In this document: piece by piece, positions 15,129 to 30,295 of the stretch
Numbering within the stretch: position 1 is the first letter of the stretch
How the letters are laid out: each line of letters begins with the position of its first letter
NCBI GenBank assembly: GCA_951406725.2
Contig: OX597815.1
Location: 81,716,001 to 81,780,000 of the forward strand
Source: Octopus vulgaris
Lineage: Eukaryota
Reading direction: 5' to 3'
DNA length: 64,000 nt
The notes under the pieces: generated by a model
Seen by the model: the letters and a program-made list of their open reading frames with translations, nothing else
Databases searched by the model: none
Told to the model about the DNA's origin: nothing
Program-made: the position numbers and the translations under genes

Positions 15129-15854
15129 CAGGCTAACGTTCTTCAAAATGGTTCTGACCCTAAATGCAAATTCAGCGAAACATTTGACAAAACAATAGAC
15201 CATTTCGTCTCGGGATGTCCTTTGCTGATACCGAACGAATATAAAAATCACCACAATGGAATAAGATAGTATTTACATTGGAAGATATGTAAACACTACA
15301 AAATCAGTACTCCTCCTAACTGGTATGAACATCATCCTGAGCCGGTCGTTGAAGGTAAAAATGTCACTATCCTCTGTCAACACTGACAGAAGAATCCAGG
15401 CTAATCGACCAGACATAATTATTAAAGACAGGGAAGAAAATACTTGTAGACTAATAGATAAAGTGTTCCAACCGATAAAAATATATATGAAAAGAAATTT
15501 GACAAACTAAGTAAATATAAGGACCTGGAAATTGAAATACAAAAGATGTGGCATCTTAAAGCGAGAACTGTTCCTGTTATTTTGGGTGCCCTAGGTATGA
15601 TAGGGATGTCATAAACATTTAGATGATATCCCAGGAGAACCATGTCTCAGAGAAATCCAGAAGATTGTAAGTACGACTTACATCCTTACAAAGAAGTCAA
15701 TCAATTTAAATGTTTGTGTTGTATTACATGAAGATATTTCGCTACTGCCCCTGCCACTTCCCCTTCTCAAGATTTCAGTCATACTGCAACATCTCTTATC
15801 CTTCACTCGCCCTAGAACGCTGGGTGTGACTTTAACAAACGTGCAGATTAAAAG

Positions 15855-15856
<2 letters not shown>
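15126..15856 (+). mobile_element. 5'-truncated Dong/R4-type RLE LINE (C-terminal zinc knuckle and restriction-like endonuclease, disrupted) plus 3' UTR
   Basis: Translates DPKCKFSETFDKTIDHFVSGCP...YLHWKICKHY...WYEHHPEPV...TDRRIQANRPDIIIKDREENTCRLID...KLSKYKDLEIEIQKMW...VPVILGALG; stops and frameshifts; (AAT)n on both sides. Confidence 0.85.
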
Positions 15857-15889
<33 letters not shown>

Positions 15890-15890
<1 letters not shown>

Positions 15891-16210
15891 GAGAAAATTT
15901 CAAAATACAAAGACCTGGAAATAGAGGTAACTCGAATGTAGAATCTAAAAACAGAAACAATTCCTATCATAGTGGGTGCATTAGGTATGATAAAAAATAT
16001 TCAGACAAATACATAAAAACACCAGGACTTACAAATATATATAACATACAGAAAATTGCACTACTGTGCACTGCACACATCTTACGCAAAACACTTTCGA
16101 TACAGTAACCATAATAGCATCACAGCAAACCACAGCACATACCCTAGGCACACACACAGAGCTGCACTCAGTAGTGAAGTGAAAGCACGTTATAAAAATA
16201 AAACTACCGA
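15890..16210 (+). mobile_element. Second Dong/R4-type LINE 3' end (different family)
   Basis: SKYKDLEIEVTRM*NLKTETIPIIVGALGM...IQKIALLCTAHILRKTLSIQ*, then UTR and (AAT)n. Confidence 0.8.
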
Positions 16211-16225
16211 ATAATAATAATATTA

Positions 16226-16600
16226 ATTGAGAAAGAAAGCAAATGATGCTGGATCATAGCTATAGCATGCCCAATTGACAACAAGGTATACAATAAGAAA
16301 AGTCGATAGATATGACAGGTTAGCTTGGGAGGTTAAGCAGCTGTGGTCGATGAAAAAGGTGGTAGTAGTACCAATAATTGTCTGAGCCCTGGGAGCAGTG
16401 AGTAAAAATCTTGAGAAGTACATGGAACAAATAGGGACTACAATAAGGGTGGAGCACTTGCAGGTAACATCACTGCTTGGAACCGCTCGAGTACTCCGGA
16501 ACGTGCTCGAAAAATAAGGGATGTTATCTTAGTTCACTTGTAGTGAACAGCTGGCAGTGTAATACATCTCAAGTGTTAGAATATGTGCACAGACAATGCA
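16226..16600 (+). mobile_element. Third Dong/R4-type LINE 3' end (different family)
   Basis: KVDRYDRLAWEVKQLWSMKKVVVVPIIV*ALGAVSKNLEKY...LLGTARVLRNVLEK*, followed by an AAT-rich tail. Confidence 0.8.
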
Positions 16601-17678
16601 TAATAAAAATAATAACAATAATAATGATGATGATTCCAAATTTTTGGCAAAAAGCCAGCAATTTCGAGTTATGGAGAAAAGCCCATTACATTGATCCCTA
16701 TGCCCAACCGATTCTTATTTTATTGACCTTAAACGGATGAAATGCAAAGTCGACCCTGACGGCATTTGAACTCAGAACTTAAAGTCGGACGAAATACCGC
16801 TAAGCATTTTACCGACCTGCAAACGATTCTGCCAGCTCGTCTATATGTGTGTGACTGTGTATGTGTGTTGATGATCATCCTGACGAAGTAGTAAAAGATT
16901 TTTTTCGTTTTTTAAAAAAAATTTTTTTTTTTTGGTGGTGGGGAAGAAAATAAAAGAAATGATTCATATCGAAAAACAAATGAAAATAAAATTCGAAAAT
17001 GCAACATTTGACTATGCAACTGTTACAGACCCCCCCCACCACCAACAACAACAATAACAGAAAAATTACAAAATGAAATACCATTGCTACAATCCGACGT
17101 AGCACATGAGAAAAAAAAAAGAAGAGAGTTAGAAAACGAACAGACAATAATATCTGATTGAAAGACGTCATTCACGATGACGATAATGCTGACTAAGAGA
17201 ACGAAGATGCTAATGGTGGTGGTGGTGGTGGCGGTGATGACGACGATGATGATGATGTGGTGGAGGTGGTGGTGGTAGTGGTGGTGGTTGTGGTTGTCTT
17301 GTCGATGGTGTTTGGTTACAGGTGATGCTGATGACGACGACGACGACGACGACAAAGCGAAGAAAGGCATGAAGGAGATAAGGAATATGAGGTGAAAGAA
17401 GAGTAGGAGGAAGAAGAGGAAAAGGAGGAGGAGGAGGAGATGGAGGTGGAAGTGAAGGTGGAGATAGAGGAAGTGAGTGATTTCTATTTTTAAGATATAA
17501 TAAACAATAATGATCACATTAAACAAGGCCAAGAAACAACAATAATAGTAACCACCAATACAGTACTTCCGCCTGTACGATATAGTAATCTGCTTACATT
17601 CATACACACACACACAAATACATACATACATATATGCATACATACGTGCATGCATATATACATGTGAGTGCGTGTATG

Positions 17679-17734
<56 letters not shown>

Positions 17735-17816
17735 CATACATATACATATATATATATACATATATACGTATATACGAACATATATGTATGAATACATACA
17801 TACATATATATGTGTA

Positions 17817-17850
<34 letters not shown>

Positions 17851-17957
17851 CGTATATACGAACATATATATATGAATAGATACATATATATAATATATAT
17901 ATATGTGTGTGTGTGTGTCTGCCTAAGTAAGTCTAAATAGTATACATACACATATGA

Positions 17958-18022
<65 letters not shown>

Positions 18023-18284
18023 AATATATAAGTATATGTATGTGTGTATGTGTGCGTGTGTATACATATTCATACATACAGACATTCGTAGATCCGTACA
18101 CGCACATGTACGTATATATATTTATATATATATATACATACATACACATATTCATACACAAATACTTACACACACATTCACACACACACATATATTCGTA
18201 CAAAAAAATACATAGACAAGAGACGGGAGTAATGGCAGAAGAAATGTAGAGGGGAAATGATCGATAGCTAGAGCAAACTAAGAC

Positions 18285-18294
18285 AGATAGATCG

Positions 18295-18338
<44 letters not shown>

Positions 18339-18466
18339 TGATAGATAGATAGATAGACAGATAGATAGATAGATAGATAGGTAGATTGATAGATTGATAG
18401 ATAGATAGATAGATAGATAGATTGATTGAGAGATAGATAGATAGATAGGTAGATAGATAGACAGAC

Positions 18467-18542
<76 letters not shown>

Positions 18543-18551
18543 TGATAGATT

Positions 18552-18593
<42 letters not shown>

Positions 18594-18595
18594 CA
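18285..18595. repeat. (GATA)n microsatellite
   Basis: Read directly. Confidence 0.97.
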
Positions 18596-18940
18596 GAAAA
18601 GGAGAGAACTACAGGGGGCGGGGGGAGAAAAGGATAGGAAGATCTATACAGAAATGCAGAGGAGAGAGAAACAAAATGAAAGAACAAAGAAGTAAACAAA
18701 AAAAAAAGAAAAAAAGAAATGAGAAAAAAAAAAGAAAAAGAAAATTGGTTAAGATGTAAGATGGAAGTATTTCTCCTTTAGTCAGCAAATATCGATATTA
18801 TAACGTGCCAAATAATAGCAGACAGATGGGCTGGAAGGGAAGTTACTGTTGCTGATTCTGCAACTGTTGTTTTGTGAGTGTGTGAGTGTATCTATGCACA
18901 TACACGCGCAAATACATGCATACGTGCATACACGCGCGCA

Positions 18941-18987
<47 letters not shown>

Positions 18988-19226
18988 CTGTAATGTACAC
19001 TTTCGTTTTCGTATCTTTTTAATATTTTGTGCCCGCTGCATAGTTCAGATTCTACTTCTCATCTTCTCATCTCATCTCTTCATCTTCTCCTCATCTTTCT
19101 TCTTCTTCATCTCCTCCTCCTCCTCCTCCTCCCCTTCTTCTTCTTCTTCTTCTTCTTCTCCTTCTTCTCACACTCTTTCATCAACAGGACCTGTTTTCTA
19201 TGAAAATTTAGTTTTTATTTGATGTA

Positions 19227-19345
19227 TTAGAGTTTGGCTGGTAAAGCAGCGCCCATAATCTCAGGAGCACTACCTAAAAACAGATTTGGTTGGAGGAATG
19301 AGTGACGAAACCACTCGTGGTTAGCTAGAGGTGTGGTCAGAATAT
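19227..19345 (-). CDS. Candidate terminal coding exon of an unidentified host gene (xILTTPLANHEWFRHSFLQPNLFLGSAPEIMGAALPAKL*)
   Basis: Acceptor taactgattccattctattgcag|; 38 open codons in phase 1 to TAA; AATAAA at 19214-19219; non-repetitive sequence. No homolog recognised. Confidence 0.45.
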
Positions 19346-20979
19346 CTGCAATAGAATGGAATCAGTTAAATGCACTTGAACGCTATCATTGTGATTTTAA
19401 ACCGGGAGACGGATAAAGTGCACTCACATATACTGTAACCTAACTTCATCCGAATCAGATTCATCAGTCCGAAAATTCTTGTAAAGAGAGTTTGTATGTG
19501 TGTGTGCGTATGTTCATTATGCATTCTAAAACCGAATTGCCATTTTCGACGTATGGAGTATCAAAAGATTCAGAAAGCTTTTGGCTACCAATTAAACTCT
19601 ATTTTCATTCACTTATTTGCATTACAAAAATTTAAGATTATCATTTTTCTTTTAATCAATTATTGTAAACGACATCTTTTACCACCACCACCTTAACGAC
19701 GATGACGTCACATTTTCTATATGTGTTCGCGCGTTCGTTAACGTACTTTAGTTCGATGACTGGCAAGTATGTTTGTGACGATGTTTCTGTCTGTCAGTAT
19801 ACATACATTTTTGTGACAACTGACACACACACACACACACATGCACATACACACACGCATGCACGTACACACACACACAAGTCTAAAGATAGAGACTGAC
19901 ACACACAGGGACAGAGATAGGCTTCACGTATGCGTTAATGTACGTGTGTTAGTATGCGTGTGTGTGTGTAATTTCGGACAATATTTTGATTCGCTTCTAA
20001 TGTATCAATTTCGTCCGATGTTTCACACATTCGTAGAATTCTACTGAGAGAAATATTTCTGAAAATGTACACATAAATATTGTAAATAAGCCACAAAAAA
20101 AAAAAAAAAACTACATTAAAAAAACATCAATTTTTCTATATGTTATGAAGAAATACAGCCTCTCTCTCACGCACAAAAAAGATGTATGTATATGTATTTA
20201 TGGGCGAAGGTCAAGATTACCCACTCCCGGTGTTTACGGTTAGGGTTACGCTGATTACGGGTGGTGTGCGTATTCTTTACCTCTGCCTAGTCATGTACGT
20301 GTATATGAAAGATGTGTGTGTGTATGTGTGTGAGAGAGAGAGAGAGAGAGAGAGCGAGTGAGTGCCACTTGCACATACATGCAAAACATTTTATACATCA
20401 CAACACACACCTTCACTCACTCTATCTCTCTCTCACACACACACGTTCATTTCATATACACGTACATCTTGCACTTTCTCCTCTCACTTCAAAGCAAATA
20501 TCGCCTTCTCATTTTATTCCCTCTTTTAATTTCTGTTCTCTTCAAAGTATACTGAAATTAACCCAATTTTACGGAAGTTAACAAACACTCATATGATCCC
20601 TTATATGTCGAGTTGACAACTTTGCTTCTTCAAATGAAAGAATGCCATAAAATAACTTCCTTTCACACATACACATGCACACACACACTCTAGGTAAAAT
20701 TTTTGTGCGAATTATGTTAATTCTTGCAGTGTGCACGTGCAAATTTACAGCACAAACCCAACTGAAATGATCTTTTTCTATTTTGTAATTTGTATTTGTG
20801 ATGAGCGTAATTTAAAAACCTGATCTTCGATATAAACTTAAAAGGAATTTTTCCTAGAAATCCTTTCCTTTACCTCTTCTTTCTAGCATTTCCTTCCCCC
20901 GTCCCTTATTTTTTCCCTAAATTTCTTCAGATTCCTATGTTTGTAATACAGGAGTTTAGGATTTCACCCACAAAACACG

Positions 20980-21525
20980 TTCTCAGTATTTTCATTTTGT
21001 CTCTCTCCACACCAAAATTATTCTTCACTTTTTTCAAATTTTTATTCTTGGTAATCCATGGAGAAAAAAAACCCAGAGAGTACGAATCTTTAAGAATTTT
21101 ACTCATCACCTCACCACTTTCAAAAAGCTACCCACTCCCAATGTTTCACTTTTAGCTTTTTGGAAAGCAGAGGAATTTCTTCAGAAATAATGTCGGCTAG
21201 CTGTTGTTTCTAGCATGTCGGGTTTTCTGGTGGTGGTCTGGTATTTTTTAAGTCTACTGTTTCAGTAGAATTCTACGCATGCGGGAAACACAAGACAAAA
21301 GTGAAAAATTGGGAGAAATTAGCTTTTTGAAAGCTGGTAGGTGATGGATGGGCGAGGTGGGAGAAGGGGCATTGAATTTTTCTTTAAGAAAAATTAAACT
21401 ATAAAATATATATATTTACATATATTTCCCAGATTCGTAATCTGTATTTTTCTACGTAGATAACAACAAAAAAAAAAGTTACAAATTAAGACATTGCGGT
21501 GGGGATAGCGAGAAATAAAATTTTG
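20980..21525. mobile_element. Degenerate fold-back/MITE-like element with long imperfect inverted arms
   Basis: 21101-21153 (catcacctcaccactttcaaaaagcta...tcccaatgtttcactttt) is the inverse of 21297-21350; weaker pairing continues outward (tacgaatct / agattcgta). Confidence 0.6.
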
Positions 21526-22790
21526 AAAATGTCCAAGCACGTAATTCCAAGTCGTTTACTGAATTAATAAATTCATCACCCTTAATGAGTTTCCTGATAT
21601 CAGGACCATCAAACGCTCCTGCTTTGTGTTTTTCGGTGCTAAGTCCTGGAAACGATTTACATATATATTCAAACCATTTACTTTCTTTGTCGAGTGATTT
21701 TACATACTGTTTCATTAATCCCGATTTGATATGCATGGGTGAGAAGATTATTTTTTCTTTCGGAACTAGCACTGCACTAATAACGTTCTTTTCATTGACC
21801 TTCAACTCTCGCGGTGGCCAATCTTGCCTTTTCTAGTGCTTTTCTTTTGCTCTACTGTCCCACATACACAAAAAACATGGGAATTTTGTGTAGCCACTTT
21901 GTTGACCAAGCAGTAAATTTACCATTTTCAAATCGACACATAACACCTATTTATGTTTGGTGTAGTCAATCTGTTCCATAACCTGTTTGATGGTATTATG
22001 TTTTTCTTTCATTGTTGTTGAATGACCTATAGGTATTTGCGCATACATGTTGGTTATATGGAGCAAAACACATTTCAAACTACATTCTGAACTATCAAAG
22101 AACACTCTCTATTCATCAGGATCGTATCTGTGGAAGCCTAGTCGAAGAAGAATGCTCTCAACGTCATTACAATGAATAAGATCCATGTTCTCATTAAAGA
22201 ATGGTACAAATTCAGCATCTCTATTCCGATAGAATGTTACCTTTGTGTTTTTTGCTAACAGCTGTTTTTCGTTGAGCCTAGGGGCCAAAAGTTCTGCTGA
22301 TTCTTTACTTAGATTTAAGTCTCGAACCGAATCATTCAGCTCATTCTGGTGAAACGGCTCAGGCACGGTTTCAGGAACATAGTCAGGATGGTTTTCGCTG
22401 TGTCTCTCATTTACATCAGTATCAAACTCATCACATTCAACAAGTTTCAACAAATTTTCATGAAAAACTGTGATTGGCAAATCATCTGAATGCGGCACTA
22501 GTCGGATAGTGGAATGAAGACTGGGATAGTCAATAGATCTGCGTTTCTTTTGGTTCAGTCCCGCAACATTGACTGAGCAGAAGTAACAATTGTCAGAGTG
22601 GTTTTTGGTTCACGCCAGATCATAGGAATAGCGAATCTCAGCGATTTTCGGGTACCTAAAGACGTGTTTGGAACACATGAGACAGCTACCCATGCAAAAC
22701 TAAGTTCATTTTCGGAATCAACACCATCAAATTAGCTAAGAAAACGTGTCTTATTTCTTATCTTGGCACCAAAAATCGTGTTGACCAGTG
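21522..22790 (-). mobile_element. Chapaev3-type (CMC superfamily) DNA transposon relic with disrupted transposase
   Basis: FAIPMIWREP/NHSDNCYFC...VPHSDDLP...QNELNDSVRDLNLSKESAELLAPRL...DLKMVNLLLGQQSGYTKFPCFLCMWDSR...PMHIKSGLMKQYVK...AGAFDGPDIRKL; terminus 5'-CACTGGTCAAC at 22790; in-frame stops; other end missing. Confidence 0.8.
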
Positions 22791-22795
22791 CTATC

Positions 22796-22854
<59 letters not shown>

Positions 22855-23019
22855 GTAAAATTGACGACAAGAGAACAAGGAACTTGTCAAAGGAAAGTAG
22901 AATCCGACGTTTCGGAAAGAAACCTTCGCTAGAGAAAAATTGGCAGAAGTGAAATAAAATACGAGACAGCAGAGCTTTAGCATTCTCTGCATTAAAAAAA
23001 TAGGCTGGAATCTATAGGG

Positions 23020-23180
23020 TTTTTTTCATTCTGTCTGTTTATTTTCTCTTATTCTTTTCTGTTGAAGAGCATAGGCTCGAAGCGGAAAATACTTTTTTCA
23101 TTTTTCCCGACCATCAAACTAATACACTTCCTTGTTGTTCATACACCTTGTCTTCGTCTTTTGTTTTTCTATAAATTTCA
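23020..23180 (+). mobile_element. Short repeat family with hammerhead-like relic (other copies 25000-25160 and 50540-50735, both -)
   Basis: Shared GAAGAGC(A/G)TAGGCTCGAAACGT-like core and 'ctaatacac...cttgttg' segment; each copy abuts (TA)n. The CTGANGA box is not intact. Confidence 0.6.
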
Positions 23181-23181
23181 A

Positions 23182-23260
<79 letters not shown>

Positions 23261-23670
23261 GGCGCAGTAGTGGCTGTGTGGTAAGTAGCTTGCTAACCAG
23301 CCACATGGTTCCGGGTTCAGTCCCACTGCGTGGCATCTTGGGCAAGTGTCTTCTGCTATAGCCCCGGGCCGACCAATGCCTTGTGAGTAGATTTGGTAGA
23401 TGGAAACTGAAAGAAGCCTGTCGTATATATGTATATGTATATATATGTATGTGTGTGTGTGTTTGTGTGTCTGTGTTTGTCCCCCTAGCATTGCTTGACA
23501 ACCGATGCTGGTGTGTGTTTACGTCCCCGTCACTTAGCGGTTCGGTAAAAGAGACCGATAGAATAAGTACTGGGCTTACAAACGAATAAGTCCCGGGGTC
23601 GAGTTGCTCGATTAAAGGCGGTGCTCCAGCATGGCCGCAGTCAAATGACTGAAACAAGTAAAAGAGTAAA

Positions 23671-23673
<3 letters not shown>
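23261..23673 (+). mobile_element. Full-length family-A CORE-type SINE
   Basis: tRNA-like head, CORE-like box, internal (TA/TG) microsatellite, AAAAGAGT tail; (TA)-rich repeats on both sides. Confidence 0.88.
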
Positions 23674-23731
<58 letters not shown>

Positions 23732-23776
23732 TATACACACATACATACACATACATAGATACATACACATTACTTC

Positions 23777-23822
<46 letters not shown>

Positions 23823-24189
23823 GAAGCAAACGATTCTGGTAAAAGCGCAGAATATGACATTGAGATTTTAAGTACTATTATATATGGAATGCTATAATGA
23901 ATTTGATCTTTCGTAAAATCTCCATTATTCCGGATACATTTTGAGGGTATTTGCCCTCATTGGTGGAGCATACTTTAACCCTTCCTAACTGCAAATTTTA
24001 ATTGACTTGACAAATATATATAGAATTTTCGTGAATGGATATAGTGCGGCACTATTAATTTCAAATAACTATGAGTGGAACGAGACCACTCTGATATATA
24101 TATATGCAAAATATGTGTGTGTGTGTGTGTATATGTGTGTGTGTGAAAGAGAGGGAGAGGGAGAAAGAAAGAGAGAGAGAGAGAGAGAG

Positions 24190-24224
<35 letters not shown>

Positions 24225-24367
24225 AGGAAAAAGGAGGGAAGAGAGAGTAAAAGAGAGATATGTCGTAAGAGAGGAAATGAGAAAGTCTTAGCTAAATGAA
24301 GGTACCTTGACACTACATTTCTGGCTTTTGAAACCGGAACCAGAAGTCATACTCTGATGCGAGATTA

Positions 24368-24402
<35 letters not shown>

Positions 24403-24950
24403 TAGATAAAGTGAGTGACAGAGAGAGAGGGGGAGAGAGAGTGTGTATGAAAGAGTGGTAAGGGTGTTAAATCTATTGAGATGCTATAGTAGCTGCATGA
24501 GTGAATGTTGTAGTAAAGGTAGTGGTTGTGGTGGTGGTGGTGGTGGCAGCAATTGTAGTAGAGATTAACAAAGCTGTAGTTGCAGAAAATAGCAATGAAA
24601 AGGAAGTAGTCATGAGGAGCTGGGGATGAGGAGTATATTGGTGGCGATGGTGGATACGGTGGTGGAGGAAGACAAATGTGCATCTTCCATGATGTGGCGT
24701 CTTTACAGCCTTGTGTTTAAGGCTTGGCTTATTTCAAGTGTGTCAAGAATTTTTTGCGTGTGGCGCTCGGCGTATATGTATGAATGTGCGTGTATGTTTG
24801 TGCGCGAGTGTGCGTGTATGTGTGTGTGTACGTGTATCAGTGAGTTTTTGTCGGCCAGTGTCTATATGCTCCAGACTGTGTAATATTATGACTCCGTGCA
24901 TGGATAAATCTGTCTGTGTGTGTGTATGTTAATATGTATGTATGTATATA

Positions 24951-25003
<53 letters not shown>

Positions 25004-25290
25004 GAGGATTCACAAAAAAGCAAAAGACGAAGACAGGTGGTGTAGACAACAAACAGATGTATTAGGTTAACGCTCGGGATGTGAAAAAGTCTTTAACGTT
25101 TCGAGCCTATGCTCTTCCACAGAAAGGAACACGGAAAGAGACAAGGAGAGAAAATAAAGAATATGTATCATGGCGAATATATATGTCTGTGCCTTCATAC
25201 TTCGTTTGTTTTGTTTTTCTTTGTAATGTGGGAACAATGGAAATTTACATTGAATATGTGTGAGCACATAGATATACTTATATGCGTATA

Positions 25291-26973
<1,683 letters not shown>

Positions 26974-28547
26974 TTGAAAGACGCCAATGTCCAAAAACTA
27001 CCTTAAAATATCACCATACAATATAAACACGCGGCGTACTCGTGCAAATAAACGAAAAATATATATATTTATAAATTGATTAAGTTATATGAAATTAGAA
27101 ACAGAGAAAATGGAGTATCAGAAATGATGGAGTGAAGTGGGTGGGAAAACGAGAGGCTATATAATATAATAATGGCTTCAAATTGTGGGACCTGCAAACA
27201 GCTTTTAAGGTGAATGGGACGGGTGAGGGTGGCTCGATTACATCGAGTCTTGTTCTTGACTACAACTTCGTAAGGATAAAAGGCATTCGAACTCAGAACT
27301 TAAAGACGTACGAAATGCCGCTAAGCATGTTGTCCGGCGTGCTAACGGTTTTGCCAGCTCGTCACCTTAAGTATATAATATAATGATTTCAAATTTTGGG
27401 GAAAAGGTCATCAACTTCGGAGAAGGGGGTAAGTGACTGCTTCGACCCTAGTACTTAATTGCTACTTATTTTATCAACCCTCAAAGGACGAAAGGCAAAA
27501 GCAAAGACAACCCCTGGCGGAATTTGAACTCAGAACGTAAAGACGGACGAAATGGTGCTAAGAATCTTGTTCGGCGTGCTCACAATCCTGTCAGCTCGCC
27601 GCCTTTCTGTATAATGTAATAATAATTAATTGTGATCAGTTGTCAATGTAGGTAATAAGATACCAAGTAACTCTATAAATCCTGATTTATAGGAAAAGAA
27701 AAGCGTTGTCTTAAAACCCTAATTGGGACTAGTCAGATGGAGTCAGGTACAACAGAGTTTTGAAATGCAGACACACTTTGTAAAAAGTTAAAAGAAAACG
27801 ACAAATAACCACATAGAAAAGGAAGGTGTAACTGAATACTTGATGTATATCTGTTTTAAACCAGTGGTGTTGCAACTTGTTATTTCCCAAGATATCCACT
27901 TATATATGGAAGTCACTTCTGAATGTATAAGCTACTATTATGTCACCCATCGATCAGCTTGAAGAATCAAGATTTAAAACACTGGTTAGGTAATATTTCA
28001 GGGAATATGTAAACTGTCAATACACACATGCGTACATACATACATACATACATACATACATACATACATACATACATACATACATACATACATACATACA
28101 TACATACATACAAACATACATACATACATACACAAATCTGTGTGTGCGCGCGTGTGTGTCTTTATGTAAATACTTGAATACAGACGTTCATACTTGAATG
28201 TTTTTCTCTGGGATTTATGTAACATATTTATCCTTCTGAGAATTCAAACCGTTCACTGACAAAGTGGTAAGGCTGTTTTTAAAATCAAGATAGCTCTTGG
28301 GATTTGTGCTTATTTGAATTGGTAGGTGCATGCATATGTGTGTTTGTGCATGTGGATAAATTAGTACTCGTGCTGTGGGTGTGCATGTCACTTTAGTGCA
28401 CAAGTGTTTATGCTTCACTTCTGTTTTTTTTTTCTTCTATGTGTATCTGTATACGTATGCCATATGTATTTGTAGTCGTGTGCGTGTGTTCATTCCTGGT
28501 ACCTCAAAAGACGAATCCTCGAAATGCTTTACAAATTTTTACCGTAC

Positions 28548-28658
28548 CTCTAATCGATTGCAATTGAAGAATGCGAAACTGTTTGCTCTGCTATTATTCG
28601 AAGAAACCCTGAATTTCCCTGTTCGTATGCAAATCTGTTGTTACGTAGCTCAATTCAC
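28548..28658 (-). other. Candidate 111-nt cassette or alternative terminal exon with in-frame TAA TAG
   Basis: Acceptor ttttgttttttacttatcatcacag|, donor GAG|gtacgg; phase-1 reading xELSYVTTDLHTNREIQGFFE**QSKQFRILQLQSIR. Confidence 0.3.
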
Positions 28659-29145
28659 CTGTGATGATAAGTAAAAAACAAAATCTATTGCCTGGATATA
28701 AGTGCTGTGGGTTTCTCATTCCTTCTCCTTTGAAGTTCTCCTTTTCTCCAGTTTTTGACGAGACATTAACATTCACCGGATAGCTGATCCCTACAGCTGT
28801 GCATGATTTTCCTCCTTGTCCCTAATACCAATATCTGTTCTCTTGTGCTTACACCAGGCTGCTGCTTTTATTGGAATGTTTCATCAGTATTCTTTATTTT
28901 TAAAGGTATGAATACGCCCTCATTCCGTGTATGGACGTATGTATATAAGCATATATGTATATACGTGCATACATATATAGGTACCTGTACCATAATATAC
29001 ATAATTATGCTTTGATAAATCGGAATATTTCTTCACATGTAATGGTTCCATCCTGTCAACGTTAGTCAGGCGTACTTGTCAGCGAGTCTGATCCATCGAC
29101 ATATATCTGTATAAATATATATGTGTGTATGTGTATATATACACA

Positions 29146-29179
<34 letters not shown>

Positions 29180-29494
29180 CATGCATACATACAGATGCAT
29201 ATATATAGATACATATATATTATATATATATTTACACATATATAGATACATATATATACATACATATATATATATTGTATATATATATATATATATGCAT
29301 GGATATAATATATATATATATATGTGTGTGTGTGTATATATATATTATATATGCATACACAAATGCGTATTATTTATTGTCTGCGCGTGTTTCAATATGT
29401 TGATCTTTTGTATATTGATCTGGCTTGCGTGCAACGTTAGTCTTTATGTACAGTATGTTAATGTGTGTAAAGGTACGTGTGTGTGTGTAGTCGC

Positions 29495-29559
<65 letters not shown>

Positions 29560-29665
29560 TATATAATATATATATATACATACACATATATACATATATA
29601 TATATATATACATACACATATATACATATATACATATATATATATATATACATACACATATATAC

Positions 29666-29716
<51 letters not shown>

Positions 29717-29736
29717 TGTACATGTATATGGCTTAC

Positions 29737-29793
29737 GTTGAGGGGAAGCTGTGGGAGTGTGTATATACACGTGTGATTGGGAAAGGATGTGCA
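29737..29793 (-). CDS. Candidate 57-nt internal exon ([20 protein letters not shown] in phase 1)
   Basis: Acceptor ctactttctatacatttagcag| (NAGNAG), donor AAC|gtaagc; length divisible by 3; open in all frames; phase-compatible with 19227-19345. Confidence 0.4.
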
Positions 29794-29902
29794 CTGCTAA
29801 ATGTATAGAAAGTAGGATAGATAGAACTGAATAATGAGTGCGTGTCTGCATTTACGTATGTACGTGTGCGTATACGCGTTTGTGCATGTGTATGTGAGCG
29901 TA

Positions 29903-29935
<33 letters not shown>

Positions 29936-30234
29936 TGCGTGCATGGGTGTATGCATGTGTGTATGTACGTGCATTTGTCGTGCACACAATGTCCTTTTTT
30001 TTTCTTCCTTTTGTGAATGACGTGATTAATATTCATTTTCATTTGACGACGACGACAGCGACAACAACAACATCAACAACAACTACAACAACAGCCACAA
30101 CAAAAACCACAACAACAGAACTAGATGAGAAATGCAGCAGAATCAGCATTATTGATAGAATAGCAATAATAACGTTAATAACATAATGACGTGTGCTGCA
30201 ATAATGCACAAGGTGATAGCAGTGATGGTGGCAC

Positions 30235-30241
30235 TATTGTT

Positions 30242-30295
<54 letters not shown>

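Noticed and set aside
24303-24350. 48-nt minus-strand exon candidate (SMTSGSGFKSQKCSVK)
   Set aside because: Weak donor (gtacct) and a stop in phase 1, so incompatible with the neighbouring candidate exons.
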